A stretch of DNA of 64,000 nucleotides from an uncultured virus (IMG/VR IMGVR_UViG_3300005600_000030) (Duplodnaviria; Heunggongvirae; Uroviricota; Caudoviricetes), in the IMG/VR virus record IMGVR_UViG_3300005600_000030, positions 1-64,000 of that record; one strand, written 5' to 3'. Each line of letters opens with the position of its first letter. Positions within the stretch are counted from its first letter, which is position 1. The notes under the pieces were generated by a model. That model was given only the letters and a program-made list of their open reading frames with translations. It had not been told where the DNA came from and ran no database searches. Of this stretch, positions 46,529-56,387 are shown piece after piece. The position numbers were made by a program, and so were the translations under genes.

Positions 46529-47020
46529 TTAATTGTGTATTTCTCGTCTTAACCAATCTTCTGCTTTCTTTTTTAACTCTTCTTCGTGGGTGACTTTCAT
46601 ACCCATCAGGGGGTCTTTCATGGATACTCGTTTGCGGAGGTCACTGGTGGAGAAACGATGGTCTCTCCTATTAAAGTATATCTCTATACCACGGGCCGCA
46701 CAAGTTGCACGTCCGGTGAAGGTCTTGTCTTTATATTCACTACCGATGATTCTCACATCGATATCGACCATCTTGAGGATGTCCTCCAAGTCTTTTTCGG
46801 TCTGGTATGGGATTATCTCATCCACATACTTAACCGCAGAAAGTTGAGTATATCTTTCAACCAACGTCTGGACGGGAGAGTTTTTTTCTGAACGGTCTGT
46901 AGAAGGGTCTATCTGAAGTGCGCATATAAGGTAGTCACACTGTGTCTTCGCTTCACGTAACATCGATATATGACCTGCATGTAACAAATCAAATGTAGAG
47001 GCGGTTAAACCAACTTTCAT
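46529..47020 (-). CDS. Glycerol-3-phosphate cytidylyltransferase-like (TagD-like)
   Basis: FDLLHAGH, ER, YVDE, R.H.FSTS.LR. Confidence 0.88.
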   Translation of the reverse strand: MKVGLTASTFDLLHAGHISMLREAKTQCDYLICALQIDPSTDRSEKNSPVQTLVERYTQLSAVKYVDEIIPYQTEKDLEDILKMVDIDVRIIGSEYKDKTFTGRATCAARGIEIYFNRRDHRFSTSDLRKRVSMKDPLMGMKVTHEEELKKKAEDWLRREIHN

Positions 47021-47051
47021 AAAATAATCCTAAAATAATTAAAAATATAAC

Positions 47052-47080
47052 TTGACATAATCTTTTTTATGTGGTAGAAT
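47052..47080 (+). promoter_or_regulatory. Near-consensus sigma70 promoter on the PLUS strand, antisense to all genes
   Basis: TTGACA-TAATCTTTTTTATGTGG(17)-TAGAAT with an A/T-rich upstream tract. Confidence 0.7.
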
Positions 47081-47114
47081 AAGACTGTTGTCTGCCCCCC
47101 AGTGAATATAACGA

Positions 47115-47504
47115 TTAGTGAATCGTTGGGAACTTAACAACCTTACCTTTATCTTCATCTTCTGTAATTCCTTCTTCCTCTTCACCCCAAGTACCATCTT
47201 CAACTGGTGCGTCCATCATCGATTGTACAGCACCATAGTACTGTTCATACAAATCATTGATTGGATTTGCAACTGCAACAATCTTATCCATCTTGACAAG
47301 GGTAAAACGTTCAGAGTCGTCTTGGTAACACATAAAATATTTGAACGACCACATACGACTACCATCTTCCATCGTATTGAATTGAATAGTCAGTGCATTT
47401 CGTATAATGATATCCTGTTCGTCTTCCTCGAGGATTTCACACATAATCTCTTCGCCAGTAACCAGCTTGAGTTGTTTAACTTTCTTCGAATCATATATCA
47501 TCAT
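47115..47504 (-). CDS. Sm-like protein commonly found downstream of uvsW
   Basis: KL.TGEEI; ends VVKFP..H. Confidence 0.7.
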   Translation of the reverse strand: MMIYDSKKVKQLKLVTGEEIMCEILEEDEQDIIIRNALTIQFNTMEDGSRMWSFKYFMCYQDDSERFTLVKMDKIVAVANPINDLYEQYYGAVQSMMDAPVEDGTWGEEEEGITEDEDKGKVVKFPTIH

Positions 47505-48999
47505 CGTTTCCTTTTAGGTCTATCTTATATATCCTATATTTAAACCCCTCCCGCGTGTACATCTTAACACGTTCACCCGAGTGGTTAAGGGTAAAGTTAC
47601 GATGACCTTTTAAGGATAAATCATCAGCAATATCAAACAACTTGGTAGTACTACCATCATCAGACTGACGTAAACCACGTCCAATACTTTGGAGTACCTT
47701 GACTTGGGATTTACTTGGAGTCGCAAATACGATGTTATGTAAATTCCGTATATTGATACCAGTACTGAAAGTACCGAGACTAGCAACAATAATTGAATCA
47801 TTTTCTTTCTCCACGATCCCCCGAATCTTCTCTCGGTCAGAGGTGTCGACTTCACCGGACACATAAAAGACTTTTCTGTCTGTGTCAGATGTTGCATCAT
47901 TAATCATGTCGTAAAGAACCTTACCGTGTTTCTCTACGAACTGAAACATGACCAGAGTGTTACCTGTCTGGTCAGTTGCAAGTTTAGTAATGAACTTGTT
48001 TCGGCGTTCATTTGTAACTATGTAATCAATCTCTTCTTGATAGGTCTTTTCTTTCATCCGTTGACATATATCATTATGATACTTCAGAAGAAGAATAGAG
48101 ATGTCTAGGTCTGCAAGTTGTTTATCTTCTTGCAATTTCACGGTGCTAGTCACCGTAAACACAGGCCCGAATAAACCTTCTAGTACCAGTTTGTTAGTCT
48201 CGGTACCATCAAGTGTACCTGTAGTACCGAACCTGTACTTCGCATTAACACATTTATCCATCATAGTAGACAGGGACTTTGCCTTGAATAGATGAACCTC
48301 ATCTCCAAATATCGCACCAAACTGTTCGAACCATTCTGACCCGAACTTATAGATTGACTGCCAAGTGGATATGATAATGGGTTTATCGGTGACCTTTTCC
48401 TTACCTGAGTATATACGATGACAGTTCTCTTCTACGTCATACCCATAGTCCTCGAAGTCTTTGTACATCTGTTCTACCAGACTTGTTGTAGGAACAATAA
48501 TAAGAGTCTTCTTTACCGAACGTTTTTCCTTGACAAAACGCATAAGGTTGTATATAATAAAAGACTTACCACTGCCGGTGGGTGACAGTAACAAACACCG
48601 TCTACTCTCAATACCATGGGATATCGCTTTGTACTGATAGTCTCTAGGTTCGAATGGACAACCAAGGTTTCCTAGGTACTTAACTAAGTCAGGGTGGTTC
48701 ACTTCATCCTGTGCATTCGGAATACCATACTTCTCATGTTCTACAATTTGTAGGGGATAAAATCTATCCGCACAGAACTTACGTAGGTGGTGATATAGAC
48801 CTACGTTCATTTGTTTAGTGACAGTCGAATATAATTTTATCTTCCCATCCCATTTACGCGATTTAAATGCCGGCATAAATTTATGGCCAGGAACAAAGAA
48901 CGCGAAGTGATCTCTCAACTCCTGTTCTTGTGCTGGATTAGATTCGATTGCCATATAAGAATGACTCAACATTCTGACACGGATAGTATTATCTTGCAT
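47491..48999 (-). CDS. uvsW: RNA-DNA helicase UvsW
   Basis: WDGKI, PTGSGKS, DEVH, TGT, QSIGR.LR. Confidence 0.97.
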   Translation of the reverse strand: MQDNTIRVRMLSHSYMAIESNPAQEQELRDHFAFFVPGHKFMPAFKSRKWDGKIKLYSTVTKQMNVGLYHHLRKFCADRFYPLQIVEHEKYGIPNAQDEVNHPDLVKYLGNLGCPFEPRDYQYKAISHGIESRRCLLLSPTGSGKSFIIYNLMRFVKEKRSVKKTLIIVPTTSLVEQMYKDFEDYGYDVEENCHRIYSGKEKVTDKPIIISTWQSIYKFGSEWFEQFGAIFGDEVHLFKAKSLSTMMDKCVNAKYRFGTTGTLDGTETNKLVLEGLFGPVFTVTSTVKLQEDKQLADLDISILLLKYHNDICQRMKEKTYQEEIDYIVTNERRNKFITKLATDQTGNTLVMFQFVEKHGKVLYDMINDATSDTDRKVFYVSGEVDTSDREKIRGIVEKENDSIIVASLGTFSTGINIRNLHNIVFATPSKSQVKVLQSIGRGLRQSDDGSTTKLFDIADDLSLKGHRNFTLNHSGERVKMYTREGFKYRIYKIDLKGNDDDI

Positions 49000-49463
49000 T
49001 ACGCCCCTGCTTCAAATTTACGATATTCTATCATATTTTTTATGGTTTGATGTCTCCACTTTAAGTTATCTAGTATATCCGTAAGTGTCTCAATTATAGT
49101 CTTGAGGTATGCAATCTTCTCTTCAGATTTTTGGATATCTTTGTCTGAATTGTAGTAACGGTCAAGGTCACCCTTGAGTATGCGTAGACCATGGAAAGGG
49201 TCAGGATTCCAACCACGTTCCTTGAGGGTTTCTTCATCCATCGAACCGTTATAATAATGCCACTTATCGAGTAACATATCTTTTTGTGTGTGTTCTGCAC
49301 GTTTAAGATTTAACTTAGTGAGAGACAGATACTGCAAATACTTTGCATGTAACATGGGGGTGTGTCTGGATGTCTCGTCCAGTTGGTGTTGGGGAATCTT
49401 ACAATCTTCTTCCCACTCTTTCAATATAGATTCAAGGTCTAACATAATATCTCCATTATTCAA
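48999..49463 (-). CDS. uvsY: Recombination mediator UvsY
   Basis: W..D..I, LHAKY, YY.G, R...IKN.IE..KF. Confidence 0.92.
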   Translation of the reverse strand: MNNGDIMLDLESILKEWEEDCKIPQHQLDETSRHTPMLHAKYLQYLSLTKLNLKRAEHTQKDMLLDKWHYYNGSMDEETLKERGWNPDPFHGLRILKGDLDRYYNSDKDIQKSEEKIAYLKTIIETLTDILDNLKWRHQTIKNMIEYRKFEAGA

Positions 49464-50089
49464 GGTGTACTTATATGTTCAATACAGTCCTGCCAAAAGT
49501 CATAATCATGACCAAGGGTAAAACTTAACGTCATTCTCCAACAATTAGTTGATGCGCAATGGTAAACTATACGGTCAGATTCATACGAAGACCCAAAGTA
49601 ACCAGCCTTACAGTTCCAACCCTTCTTGTCTTGAACTCTTATCTTTTCTTTTGTCTTGGGGTCTATATATTCAAAGTATCCATCCCCAGTCTCACTGTAG
49701 GTGAATATCAAATTATATGCAGACGCATTCTCGTTGGTGTGCCATCCAATAAAACCACTTGGTGGATACAACTGACTGAGTGCAGAGAATTGAACTCCGA
49801 GTTCAGTCTTTAATCTCGAGTCTAGACACATATAGTCTATCACATAATCAGTTTTTTCGCAACCTTTATAATGGTCTGGTTTAAGACAATAAGATCTTGC
49901 AGCCGGTGGACTACCATCATGGTCGTGTTGCATATCTTCTAGAACTTCATCACTACACCAATACTCACTCCCCCTATCATCAGTAAGGAAGGTGTTTGTT
50001 TCTGTCACATCATACCTAATCATAAAGGTGTGTCGAAAGTCTTGTAGTATATCCAAAACATTTCTATTCATAATATCAATAACACGCAT
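49460..50089 (-). CDS. 2OG-Fe(II) oxygenase-like protein (HxN variant)
   Basis: YPPSGFIGWHTN ... YH ... RMTL; paralog of 21127..21795. Confidence 0.6.
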   Translation of the reverse strand: MRVIDIMNRNVLDILQDFRHTFMIRYDVTETNTFLTDDRGSEYWCSDEVLEDMQHDHDGSPPAARSYCLKPDHYKGCEKTDYVIDYMCLDSRLKTELGVQFSALSQLYPPSGFIGWHTNENASAYNLIFTYSETGDGYFEYIDPKTKEKIRVQDKKGWNCKAGYFGSSYESDRIVYHCASTNCWRMTLSFTLGHDYDFWQDCIEHISTP

Positions 50090-50583
50090 TATTTTATCTC
50101 AAATGAACTAAACCTAAATGATGTGGTGAAAGTGGGGTATGTAACATCAGTTGCATTTGCGGACAATTGAATAGACCCTACGTTGGTAGGAAGACAATCA
50201 TTGTATCGTATCTGCACATTATTGTTGTTATGACTAGTAAGAATCATCAGGGTGATATCTGCATAGGTAGGTACCTTGGTAGTACTTTCACTATTCACTT
50301 GACCATCATTGACAATACGTTCCAACCAATTCTGCATTTCAATATAAGATTCCATGTTCTCGTCAAGTAGGATATCGAGTTGCATCTCACCATAGTTAAT
50401 CTTATCACCCGCAAGTGGCATAGACTGGATACGACTCAGTGGCATCTCAAGAGGTGCGACAGTTGCGCCAGGATGCGTAACCGACTGTGCAAAGAACTCT
50501 AAGTTGGTATAGTTCTGTCTATTGATGATGAACTTGAATCCCGTAGGTTGCAAGTAGTTTTTGTTTGTAGTTAATGTTGCCAT
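50089..50583 (-). CDS. 3: Tail completion / sheath stabiliser gp3
   Basis: NYLQPTGF.F, FFAQ...PG, DE.M.Y.E..W, ..P..L. Confidence 0.85.
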   Translation of the reverse strand: MATLTTNKNYLQPTGFKFIINRQNYTNLEFFAQSVTHPGATVAPLEMPLSRIQSMPLAGDKINYGEMQLDILLDENMESYIEMQNWLERIVNDGQVNSESTTKVPTYADITLMILTSHNNNNVQIRYNDCLPTNVGSIQLSANATDVTYPTFTTSFRFSSFEIK

Positions 50584-50606
50584 TAGGGTCTCCATTTATA
50601 TACTGG

Positions 50607-50614
50607 TATTTATA
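50607..50614 (-). promoter_or_regulatory. T4-type late promoter
   Basis: TATAAATA upstream of gene 3. Confidence 0.75.
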
Positions 50615-50643
50615 CCCATTATAATGGTCAATATAATGGACAT

Positions 50644-50670
50644 AAAAAAAGGGGTGCATTTCTGCACCCC
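50644..50670 (-). terminator. Intrinsic terminator after gene 23
   Basis: GGGGTGCA-GAAA-TGCACCCC + T7. Confidence 0.9.
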
Positions 50671-50710
50671 TGAAAAGACGACTCTTAAAAGAGTTCTTTT
50701 TATCTGTATC

Positions 50711-52057
50711 TTAGGAGAGGATATTGTCCACTCGGAAGATGCGGTAGTACTGGTTGCTCTTAGCAGCGGCAAGACCGTCACTAGGAGTTGAACCAACAAA
50801 TGGGTTAGACGCCATACCGTAACGGGTTTTGAAACCAATTTTCGGTTGGAAGTTGTCTTCACCAACGGCTTTAACCATTTGTAGAGGTACGTATGGGCAG
50901 TAGAATACACCTGCGTCATATGCGTTAGTACCTTTGTAACCAACAGTGATATAATCAGCAGTTGCATAAGGGTCGATGTAAACTTTCATGCGACCGTTAA
51001 GAACACCGGCAAAAGTATTACCAGTATCATCAACTTGCAGACTAGTGCTCAACGCAGGGCTGTAATCCAACATACCAGATGCAGCAAGTGCAGTAGCAAC
51101 GTCAGAAGAACAGATAACGATGTTACCTTTACCACGGCGAGTTTCTTTTGCAATTACGTTTGCTTCGCGGTCTAATTGTACTACAAGACCTTTGAACTTC
51201 TCAGCAGACCAACGACCATCGGCATCAGTTGACAAGTCGAAGATACCTTTAGTAGTAACGTTCGCTTGCAATGCACCAGTTTTTGCTTGACTGTTGATAG
51301 TACGGATAACTTCACGGTTAATTTCCGCAAGGATTTCAGTACTAAGGATGTTAGCAAGTTCAGTTTCTGCGTCAAGACCATGAATCGCTTTCAAGTCTTG
51401 TGCAAGTTCTAAACTGTACTCAGCTTTCAACGCACGAGATTTTGCAGTAACAGTCTGCTTCTCGATGGTGAAACCCATTTCTGCGAAAGGTGCACCAACA
51501 CCGTCACCCAATGCTTCAGCAGCAGCGGTAGTCATACCAGTTGCAGCAAGTGAAGTCAGACGTGAGTCATCAACACTTGAGTCAACAGTGCGAACACCAG
51601 TTTCAGAGTCATCAGAGATGCCGTTGAAACCAGAAGCGTTATCAGAATCGTGAGTACCAGTACGGTCACCAGAGAACTGAGTTTCTGCTTCGTTGAACAA
51701 TGCTTCACGTGAAGCAGTTGCACCTGCACCATAACGTGCCTTCATCGCGAAGATGAGACCAGTTGGGCCAGACATTGGTTGAACACCACATACGTCATAT
51801 GCCATCAAGTTAGGCATTGCACGGCGTACAAGTGAAATCAATACTGGATCCCAAGTACCGATAGAAGAAGTGCTGTTACCAGGCGCAGCTTCGTTCAATC
51901 CACCAAAACCTTCGTGTTGTGCACGGTCTTGACGCATTGCGATTTCTTGGTTTTCTAGGATAGCAGCGGTAACTGCTTTACGTTGTTGGTCTTTAATTTC
52001 AACACCTTCGTTGAGGACTGGTGACCATTTTTCGATAAGAGTATCGTAAGATTGCAT
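50711..52057 (-). CDS. 23: Major capsid protein gp23
   Basis: LISLVRRAMPNL.AYD.CGVQPM.GPTG, KSRALKAEYS.ELAQDLKAIHG, FYCPYVPL, GFKTRYG. Confidence 0.99.
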   Translation of the reverse strand: MQSYDTLIEKWSPVLNEGVEIKDQQRKAVTAAILENQEIAMRQDRAQHEGFGGLNEAAPGNSTSSIGTWDPVLISLVRRAMPNLMAYDVCGVQPMSGPTGLIFAMKARYGAGATASREALFNEAETQFSGDRTGTHDSDNASGFNGISDDSETGVRTVDSSVDDSRLTSLAATGMTTAAAEALGDGVGAPFAEMGFTIEKQTVTAKSRALKAEYSLELAQDLKAIHGLDAETELANILSTEILAEINREVIRTINSQAKTGALQANVTTKGIFDLSTDADGRWSAEKFKGLVVQLDREANVIAKETRRGKGNIVICSSDVATALAASGMLDYSPALSTSLQVDDTGNTFAGVLNGRMKVYIDPYATADYITVGYKGTNAYDAGVFYCPYVPLQMVKAVGEDNFQPKIGFKTRYGMASNPFVGSTPSDGLAAAKSNQYYRIFRVDNILS

Positions 52058-52075
52058 AATAGTTTCCTTTAATCT

Positions 52076-53107
52076 TTACTTGAGTTTACGAATAGCGTTT
52101 AAGTAAGTGTTCATTGCATCTGAAGTCTCAACAATATGTTCAGGTTCTTCGTCTACAACTTCAACTTCTTCACTAATTTGTTTTGAGAAATAAGACTCTT
52201 TGATAGTAGCAACTCTTGACGCAAATTGTTCTTTGCTGTCAAAGTCGATACCTTCAACTAGACCTTTCATTTTCTCGATTTGGGTGTCTGCAAGACCACG
52301 ACACGCTTCTGCAATAATTGCATCACGCTTATATTGTTCGAGTTCTTCTGACAGTTTAATAGACTCACCAGTCTGAGAGTTTAACTTCTCTTCAAGTTCT
52401 TCAACTTGACCAGCCAGTTCATCAACTAGGTCTACCTTGGTTTCAGGTACATCAATGTAAGACTCTACGAATAGGTCTTTCATTTTACCCATGAAAGTTT
52501 CAGCGATTTCAGTACGGAGACCGTTCTGTACTGCAACCTTGTTATCTTCCATCCAAGATTCAACTACGTAGTTAAGGTAAGAATCTACTTTCTCAACAAG
52601 GTCACTCTTAATAGACGCGACTTCTTCAGATAGTTCTTCTTGATATTGTTCCTCTAAACGAGAAACTTCTTCGGACAGTTTAGACTTCAGAGCTGCTTCA
52701 AAGATTACCGCAGTTTTCTCTTTGAACTCTTCGCTCAGAGTTGCCTCTGATTCGATAAGTGCATCGATTTCACTTGCAGTATTAATCTCTTCTGCAACAA
52801 CTTCACCCATACCTTCAACGTCTTCACCCATGACCTTGCCGTATGCAGCCTGAAGATCCACTTTTTTCATAGCGTTCATCTTCTGGTACATTGCATTGAC
52901 CATACCTGCTTTAGTTTTAGGTAGTGCGGCTTTACTTGTCGCATCAGCGGCTTTGTCTACAGATGCGATTGACTCTGGTTCACCAACTAGTTGACCTTTG
53001 TCTGCTGCGCCTGCACCCTTAGGCTCCGACTTTTCTTCGAGAGTTTCCTCCACGATTTCGTTAATATCATCGTGAAGTTCAACTTCGACATTTTTTTCAA
53101 TAGTCAT
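52076..53107 (-). CDS. 22: Prohead core scaffold gp22
   Basis: LSEEFK.K...IFEAA, VDSYLNYVVE.W; synteny. Confidence 0.95.
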   Translation of the reverse strand: MTIEKNVEVELHDDINEIVEETLEEKSEPKGAGAADKGQLVGEPESIASVDKAADATSKAALPKTKAGMVNAMYQKMNAMKKVDLQAAYGKVMGEDVEGMGEVVAEEINTASEIDALIESEATLSEEFKEKTAVIFEAALKSKLSEEVSRLEEQYQEELSEEVASIKSDLVEKVDSYLNYVVESWMEDNKVAVQNGLRTEIAETFMGKMKDLFVESYIDVPETKVDLVDELAGQVEELEEKLNSQTGESIKLSEELEQYKRDAIIAEACRGLADTQIEKMKGLVEGIDFDSKEQFASRVATIKESYFSKQISEEVEVVDEEPEHIVETSDAMNTYLNAIRKLK

Positions 53108-53117
53108 TATTGACTCC

Positions 53118-53777
53118 TTACATATTAGATTTGATTAACGAGAGGAAATTTTTAAACTCACGAATTTGAACAGCAGAACTGTACTCCTTCGGTGCATTCT
53201 TGATTTCTGTCTCCATATCTTCAATTGTCTGTTGTTCCAAAATGCCGTTATTCCAGACCCAATCTACACCTTCCATAATACCATTAACAAAAGCATCAGG
53301 TGCGGAGGGGTCTTGTACTATGTCTACGGTTGCAAGCATGAAATCATCCTTTACATACGCGACACCATTTCGGTTCTCTAAACTTCCCATACCACGAGTT
53401 GACACACCTAGTTGTACACCACCCTCAAGCAGACCTTTTACAATCCTACCCATTGGAGTATCCAATATTTGTGCCTTTCCGACCACATTATTCCCTTCTA
53501 AACGAAGGTCAGTAATAAGGTGCGAAACTTTGTCAAGGTTAACAGTAGGGCCTTCGGGGTGATTCAACTCACCGACCGCACGTTTCTTGCTAACCTGTTC
53601 TGTAACGTACTTATTTACCGCATTCTCCATAATGGCTCTTGGGTAAATACGTCCGTTTCTATTCTTTTGATCTGCCTGAGCGAATACACCTTCGATGACG
53701 TAATTCTTCTCGCCATTCTCTTTCGCTTCTACGATACAGTGGATATCGTTTTCGGTAAATTCGCTAATCAGTTTCAT
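53118..53777 (-). CDS. 21: Prohead protease gp21
   Basis: NRNGR.YP, GEL.HP, GVSTRG.GS, D.V.DPS.PDA. Confidence 0.97.
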   Translation of the reverse strand: MKLISEFTENDIHCIVEAKENGEKNYVIEGVFAQADQKNRNGRIYPRAIMENAVNKYVTEQVSKKRAVGELNHPEGPTVNLDKVSHLITDLRLEGNNVVGKAQILDTPMGRIVKGLLEGGVQLGVSTRGMGSLENRNGVAYVKDDFMLATVDIVQDPSAPDAFVNGIMEGVDWVWNNGILEQQTIEDMETEIKNAPKEYSSAVQIREFKNFLSLIKSNM

Positions 53778-53981
53778 TTAACTTAATTCCTTAACTACAG
53801 TCTGTGCAGTTTTCTCTGCCTCTTTCTGTGTTTTAAAAGTGTCTAGACGGTCACCGTCTATGTACACAGTGAAACCTTTACCTTCTTTAGTAATCTTTAC
53901 AGGGACGCGTTGAATCTTTTTATCAAAGACTACCTCACCTTTCGGTTTTGCTGCCTCTCTAAGTTGACTAAATGTTTTCAT
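53778..53981 (-). CDS. Prohead core protein (gp68 position)
   Basis: Synteny; MKTFSQLRE N-terminus. Confidence 0.6.
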   Translation of the reverse strand: MKTFSQLREAAKPKGEVVFDKKIQRVPVKITKEGKGFTVYIDGDRLDTFKTQKEAEKTAQTVVKELS

Positions 53982-54002
53982 TTAAAGTTTCCAGTTTAGT
54001 AT

Positions 54003-54010
54003 TATTTATA
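54003..54010 (-). promoter_or_regulatory. T4-type late promoter
   Basis: TATAAATA. Confidence 0.8.
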
Positions 54011-54039
54011 CAAATTATAGCTTTAAGATTAAACTTTTA

Positions 54040-54264
54040 TTAATCTTCGTCTTCGATTTCATCTTCGATAAGATCGTCATCATCAAGGTCGAATTCGAGT
54101 TGTTCTTCTTCTGCATCATTGAAGATAGTGTCAGCGACAGCAATCTTTTCTTGTTCCAATGCATCATTCATCTTCTCACCAACTAAAGCATCAAAGTGGT
54201 CTTTCGCTGAGTTGAAGTTCTGTTTTTGAATTGCATCAATAAAATCGTTAATATCATTTTCCAT
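54040..54264 (-). CDS. 67: Acidic prohead core protein gp67-like
   Basis: Small, very acidic, directly after the portal gene. Confidence 0.7.
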   Translation of the reverse strand: MENDINDFIDAIQKQNFNSAKDHFDALVGEKMNDALEQEKIAVADTIFNDAEEEQLEFDLDDDDLIEDEIEDED

Positions 54265-54266
54265 AG

Positions 54267-55790
54267 TTATACTCCAAGGTCTTCTTCGTCATCGTCTCCA
54301 CCCTTTGCATTCTCGGCTTCAACTTGTTTTTTCATTTCATCGATATCTTCATCAGACATCATCATCACATTTTTCATTACCCACTCGCGTGAGAAATATT
54401 CACCTACATATTGTGTTACTTGGTCAAGAGTTTGCAGTCTATTAGTTAATATCTCTGCATCTTTTAATTCTGTAAAATGATTATCCCGAATAAAATCAAC
54501 TTGGATATCATTTTTCCATTCATTCCAATCCTGTTCAGTAATGATACCTTTTAGGATTAATTGTTTCTTCAGAATGTTTATGAATAGACCAGAAAAACGT
54601 TTACGCAGTCTATCTATAAACTTCTGAAACTTGACTTCGTCTCTAGATATTTCTGTAGAGCGACCCAGTGAGAACTGTGACTCTTGTTCTAATCGAGCGA
54701 TAGGTACATTCAGAGAACGATACAAACGTTTCTGGAAGTATACAATATCATCAATCTGACCTAAGTTCTCACCGCCTGGCAGTGTTGAAATCTCAGTACC
54801 TCTACCACCCTCTCTACGGGGTAACCAGAAGTCCTCTAACATTGACATATGTTTACGGTCATCTTTCAGATTACCCGTACTCGCATCGTACACTAACTTG
54901 TTACGATAACGATTCATGATATCTTTCATGTGTTGTTCTGCCTTGTTGGCTGGCAGGTTACCCACATCAATGTAAAAAATTCTACGTTCTGGTGCACGTG
55001 CAAGACGATAAATTACCAGACTGTCTTCCATCATCCGTAGTTGGTTGATGGGTTTAATTGCTTTGTGTAGGTATGATACTACACGTTTTTTAGTAGGGTC
55101 GGTTAGACCCGAAGTAATATATGAAACGGAATCGGGAGAAAGTCTCACCGCAGATTGTGTTTGATTCTTCTCTTGGAAGACATAAAACTCTTCAGTCTTA
55201 TCTACAATCTTCGCATTGGTTTGAGTATCCTTTTTATATTTTACCTCTTTTACTTTTCTTACTTTCGCAGAATCGACAGGACGAATCTCCTGAATACCTG
55301 CTTTCATATTCGATTCATTTACTACCAGATGGTGTACAAGACGACCATCAATATACCATGAACGGAACATGTCGTGTCCGAATTCGTTGAAGTTCAACAT
55401 CGAACATATATCATAAAACTCATCTGTAATCATTTTCTTAATCTTATCAGAAGTTTCAACTCCATCAAGATTAATTTGAACCGGAGATTCTTGTTCTGAA
55501 CCTGAAATAGACTCATTAACAATATCTTCAATTGCAGCATCAACTTCGGGGTGTTGTGCGATACCACGATACTTCATGATGAGTTCTGCGTTATCTTTCG
55601 CATTGTCACCGTTGATATCGATATACTGTCCATAGTGTGAACCACTAGCAGTGACGTACCCTGCGCCATCGTCATCCGTCTTGGGAACGATAGAGGGTAA
55701 TTTATCATTTTCTTTATTCGGATCTTTCTTGTTCGAACGTTTAAGTTCGAAACCGAATAGTTTCATAATACTATTATTGTCGTCTGCCAT
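54267..55790 (-). CDS. 20: Portal protein gp20
   Basis: IYRLARAPERRIFYIDVGN, EDFWLPRREGGRGTEI.TLPGG. Confidence 0.98.
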   Translation of the reverse strand: MADDNNSIMKLFGFELKRSNKKDPNKENDKLPSIVPKTDDDGAGYVTASGSHYGQYIDINGDNAKDNAELIMKYRGIAQHPEVDAAIEDIVNESISGSEQESPVQINLDGVETSDKIKKMITDEFYDICSMLNFNEFGHDMFRSWYIDGRLVHHLVVNESNMKAGIQEIRPVDSAKVRKVKEVKYKKDTQTNAKIVDKTEEFYVFQEKNQTQSAVRLSPDSVSYITSGLTDPTKKRVVSYLHKAIKPINQLRMMEDSLVIYRLARAPERRIFYIDVGNLPANKAEQHMKDIMNRYRNKLVYDASTGNLKDDRKHMSMLEDFWLPRREGGRGTEISTLPGGENLGQIDDIVYFQKRLYRSLNVPIARLEQESQFSLGRSTEISRDEVKFQKFIDRLRKRFSGLFINILKKQLILKGIITEQDWNEWKNDIQVDFIRDNHFTELKDAEILTNRLQTLDQVTQYVGEYFSREWVMKNVMMMSDEDIDEMKKQVEAENAKGGDDDEEDLGV

Positions 55791-55802
55791 CTTTGCCTCA
55801 AA

Positions 55803-55839
55803 GTAAAAATAATACGCGGGGGGACTATCCCCCCACGCA
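55803..55839 (-). terminator. Hairpin after gene 19
   Basis: GCGTGGGGGGA-TAG-TCCCCCCGCGT followed by an A/T run; variant late box CTAAATA just upstream. Confidence 0.6.
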
Positions 55840-55855
55840 TATATTTAGTCACAAC

Positions 55856-56383
55856 TTAACTAGTTGTGTCTGACTCCCAATACTGAACTTGGAATGTTAC
55901 TGTGAACTCTTCAACAGCATCTGTTGTTTCGTAGCTCAAAGTAATCTCAGAGATATTAGTTGGGAAACAACCACGGAAATTGTACGTCTTCAGTACAAGT
56001 CCATCTTTGTCCAACTGATCTACTGACAAGTCAGTTTGATACTCATCTGGATTATTGAAACCAGTGTTCTCATTATGAGAATTGATTCCATTCATCCAAC
56101 GTTCCATTGCATTACGCACTTCGAAACCAGTATCGTTAATTACAGTGATAGTCCATACTTCGAAAGTACGGTCACCCGCAATCTTCAACTGACGACCACG
56201 GAAAGGTACAACAATCTCAGCGATTGTTGATGCGGGCAAAGCCGCACCCTTTGCCATGAACGAGGTTAACTCTGCATCTCCCAATGCGTATGCAGGGAAG
56301 TTTACACGACAGTTGAACAGGTTCGCACGGGCACCACCACCTTTGAGTTTTGACTTAAAGTCATCTACACCTAAAATAGCCAT
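55856..56383 (-). CDS. 19: Tail tube protein gp19
   Basis: GGARANLF, FRGR..K.AGDRTF..W..T..ND, EEF.VT. Confidence 0.97.
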   Translation of the reverse strand: MAILGVDDFKSKLKGGGARANLFNCRVNFPAYALGDAELTSFMAKGAALPASTIAEIVVPFRGRQLKIAGDRTFEVWTITVINDTGFEVRNAMERWMNGINSHNENTGFNNPDEYQTDLSVDQLDKDGLVLKTYNFRGCFPTNISEITLSYETTDAVEEFTVTFQVQYWESDTTS

Positions 56384-56387
56384 GTGA

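Noticed and set aside
47118..47543. 141-aa plus-strand ORF downstream of the plus-strand promoter
   Set aside because: GTG start without an SD sequence, F/I-rich shadow composition, fully antisense to a credible gene; RNA-level function is more plausible, though ribosome profiling would be needed to exclude it
50596..50967. 123-aa minus-strand ORF overlapping the end of gene 23
   Set aside because: Alternate frame crossing the gene 23 terminator and late promoter; no evidence for a frameshift extension
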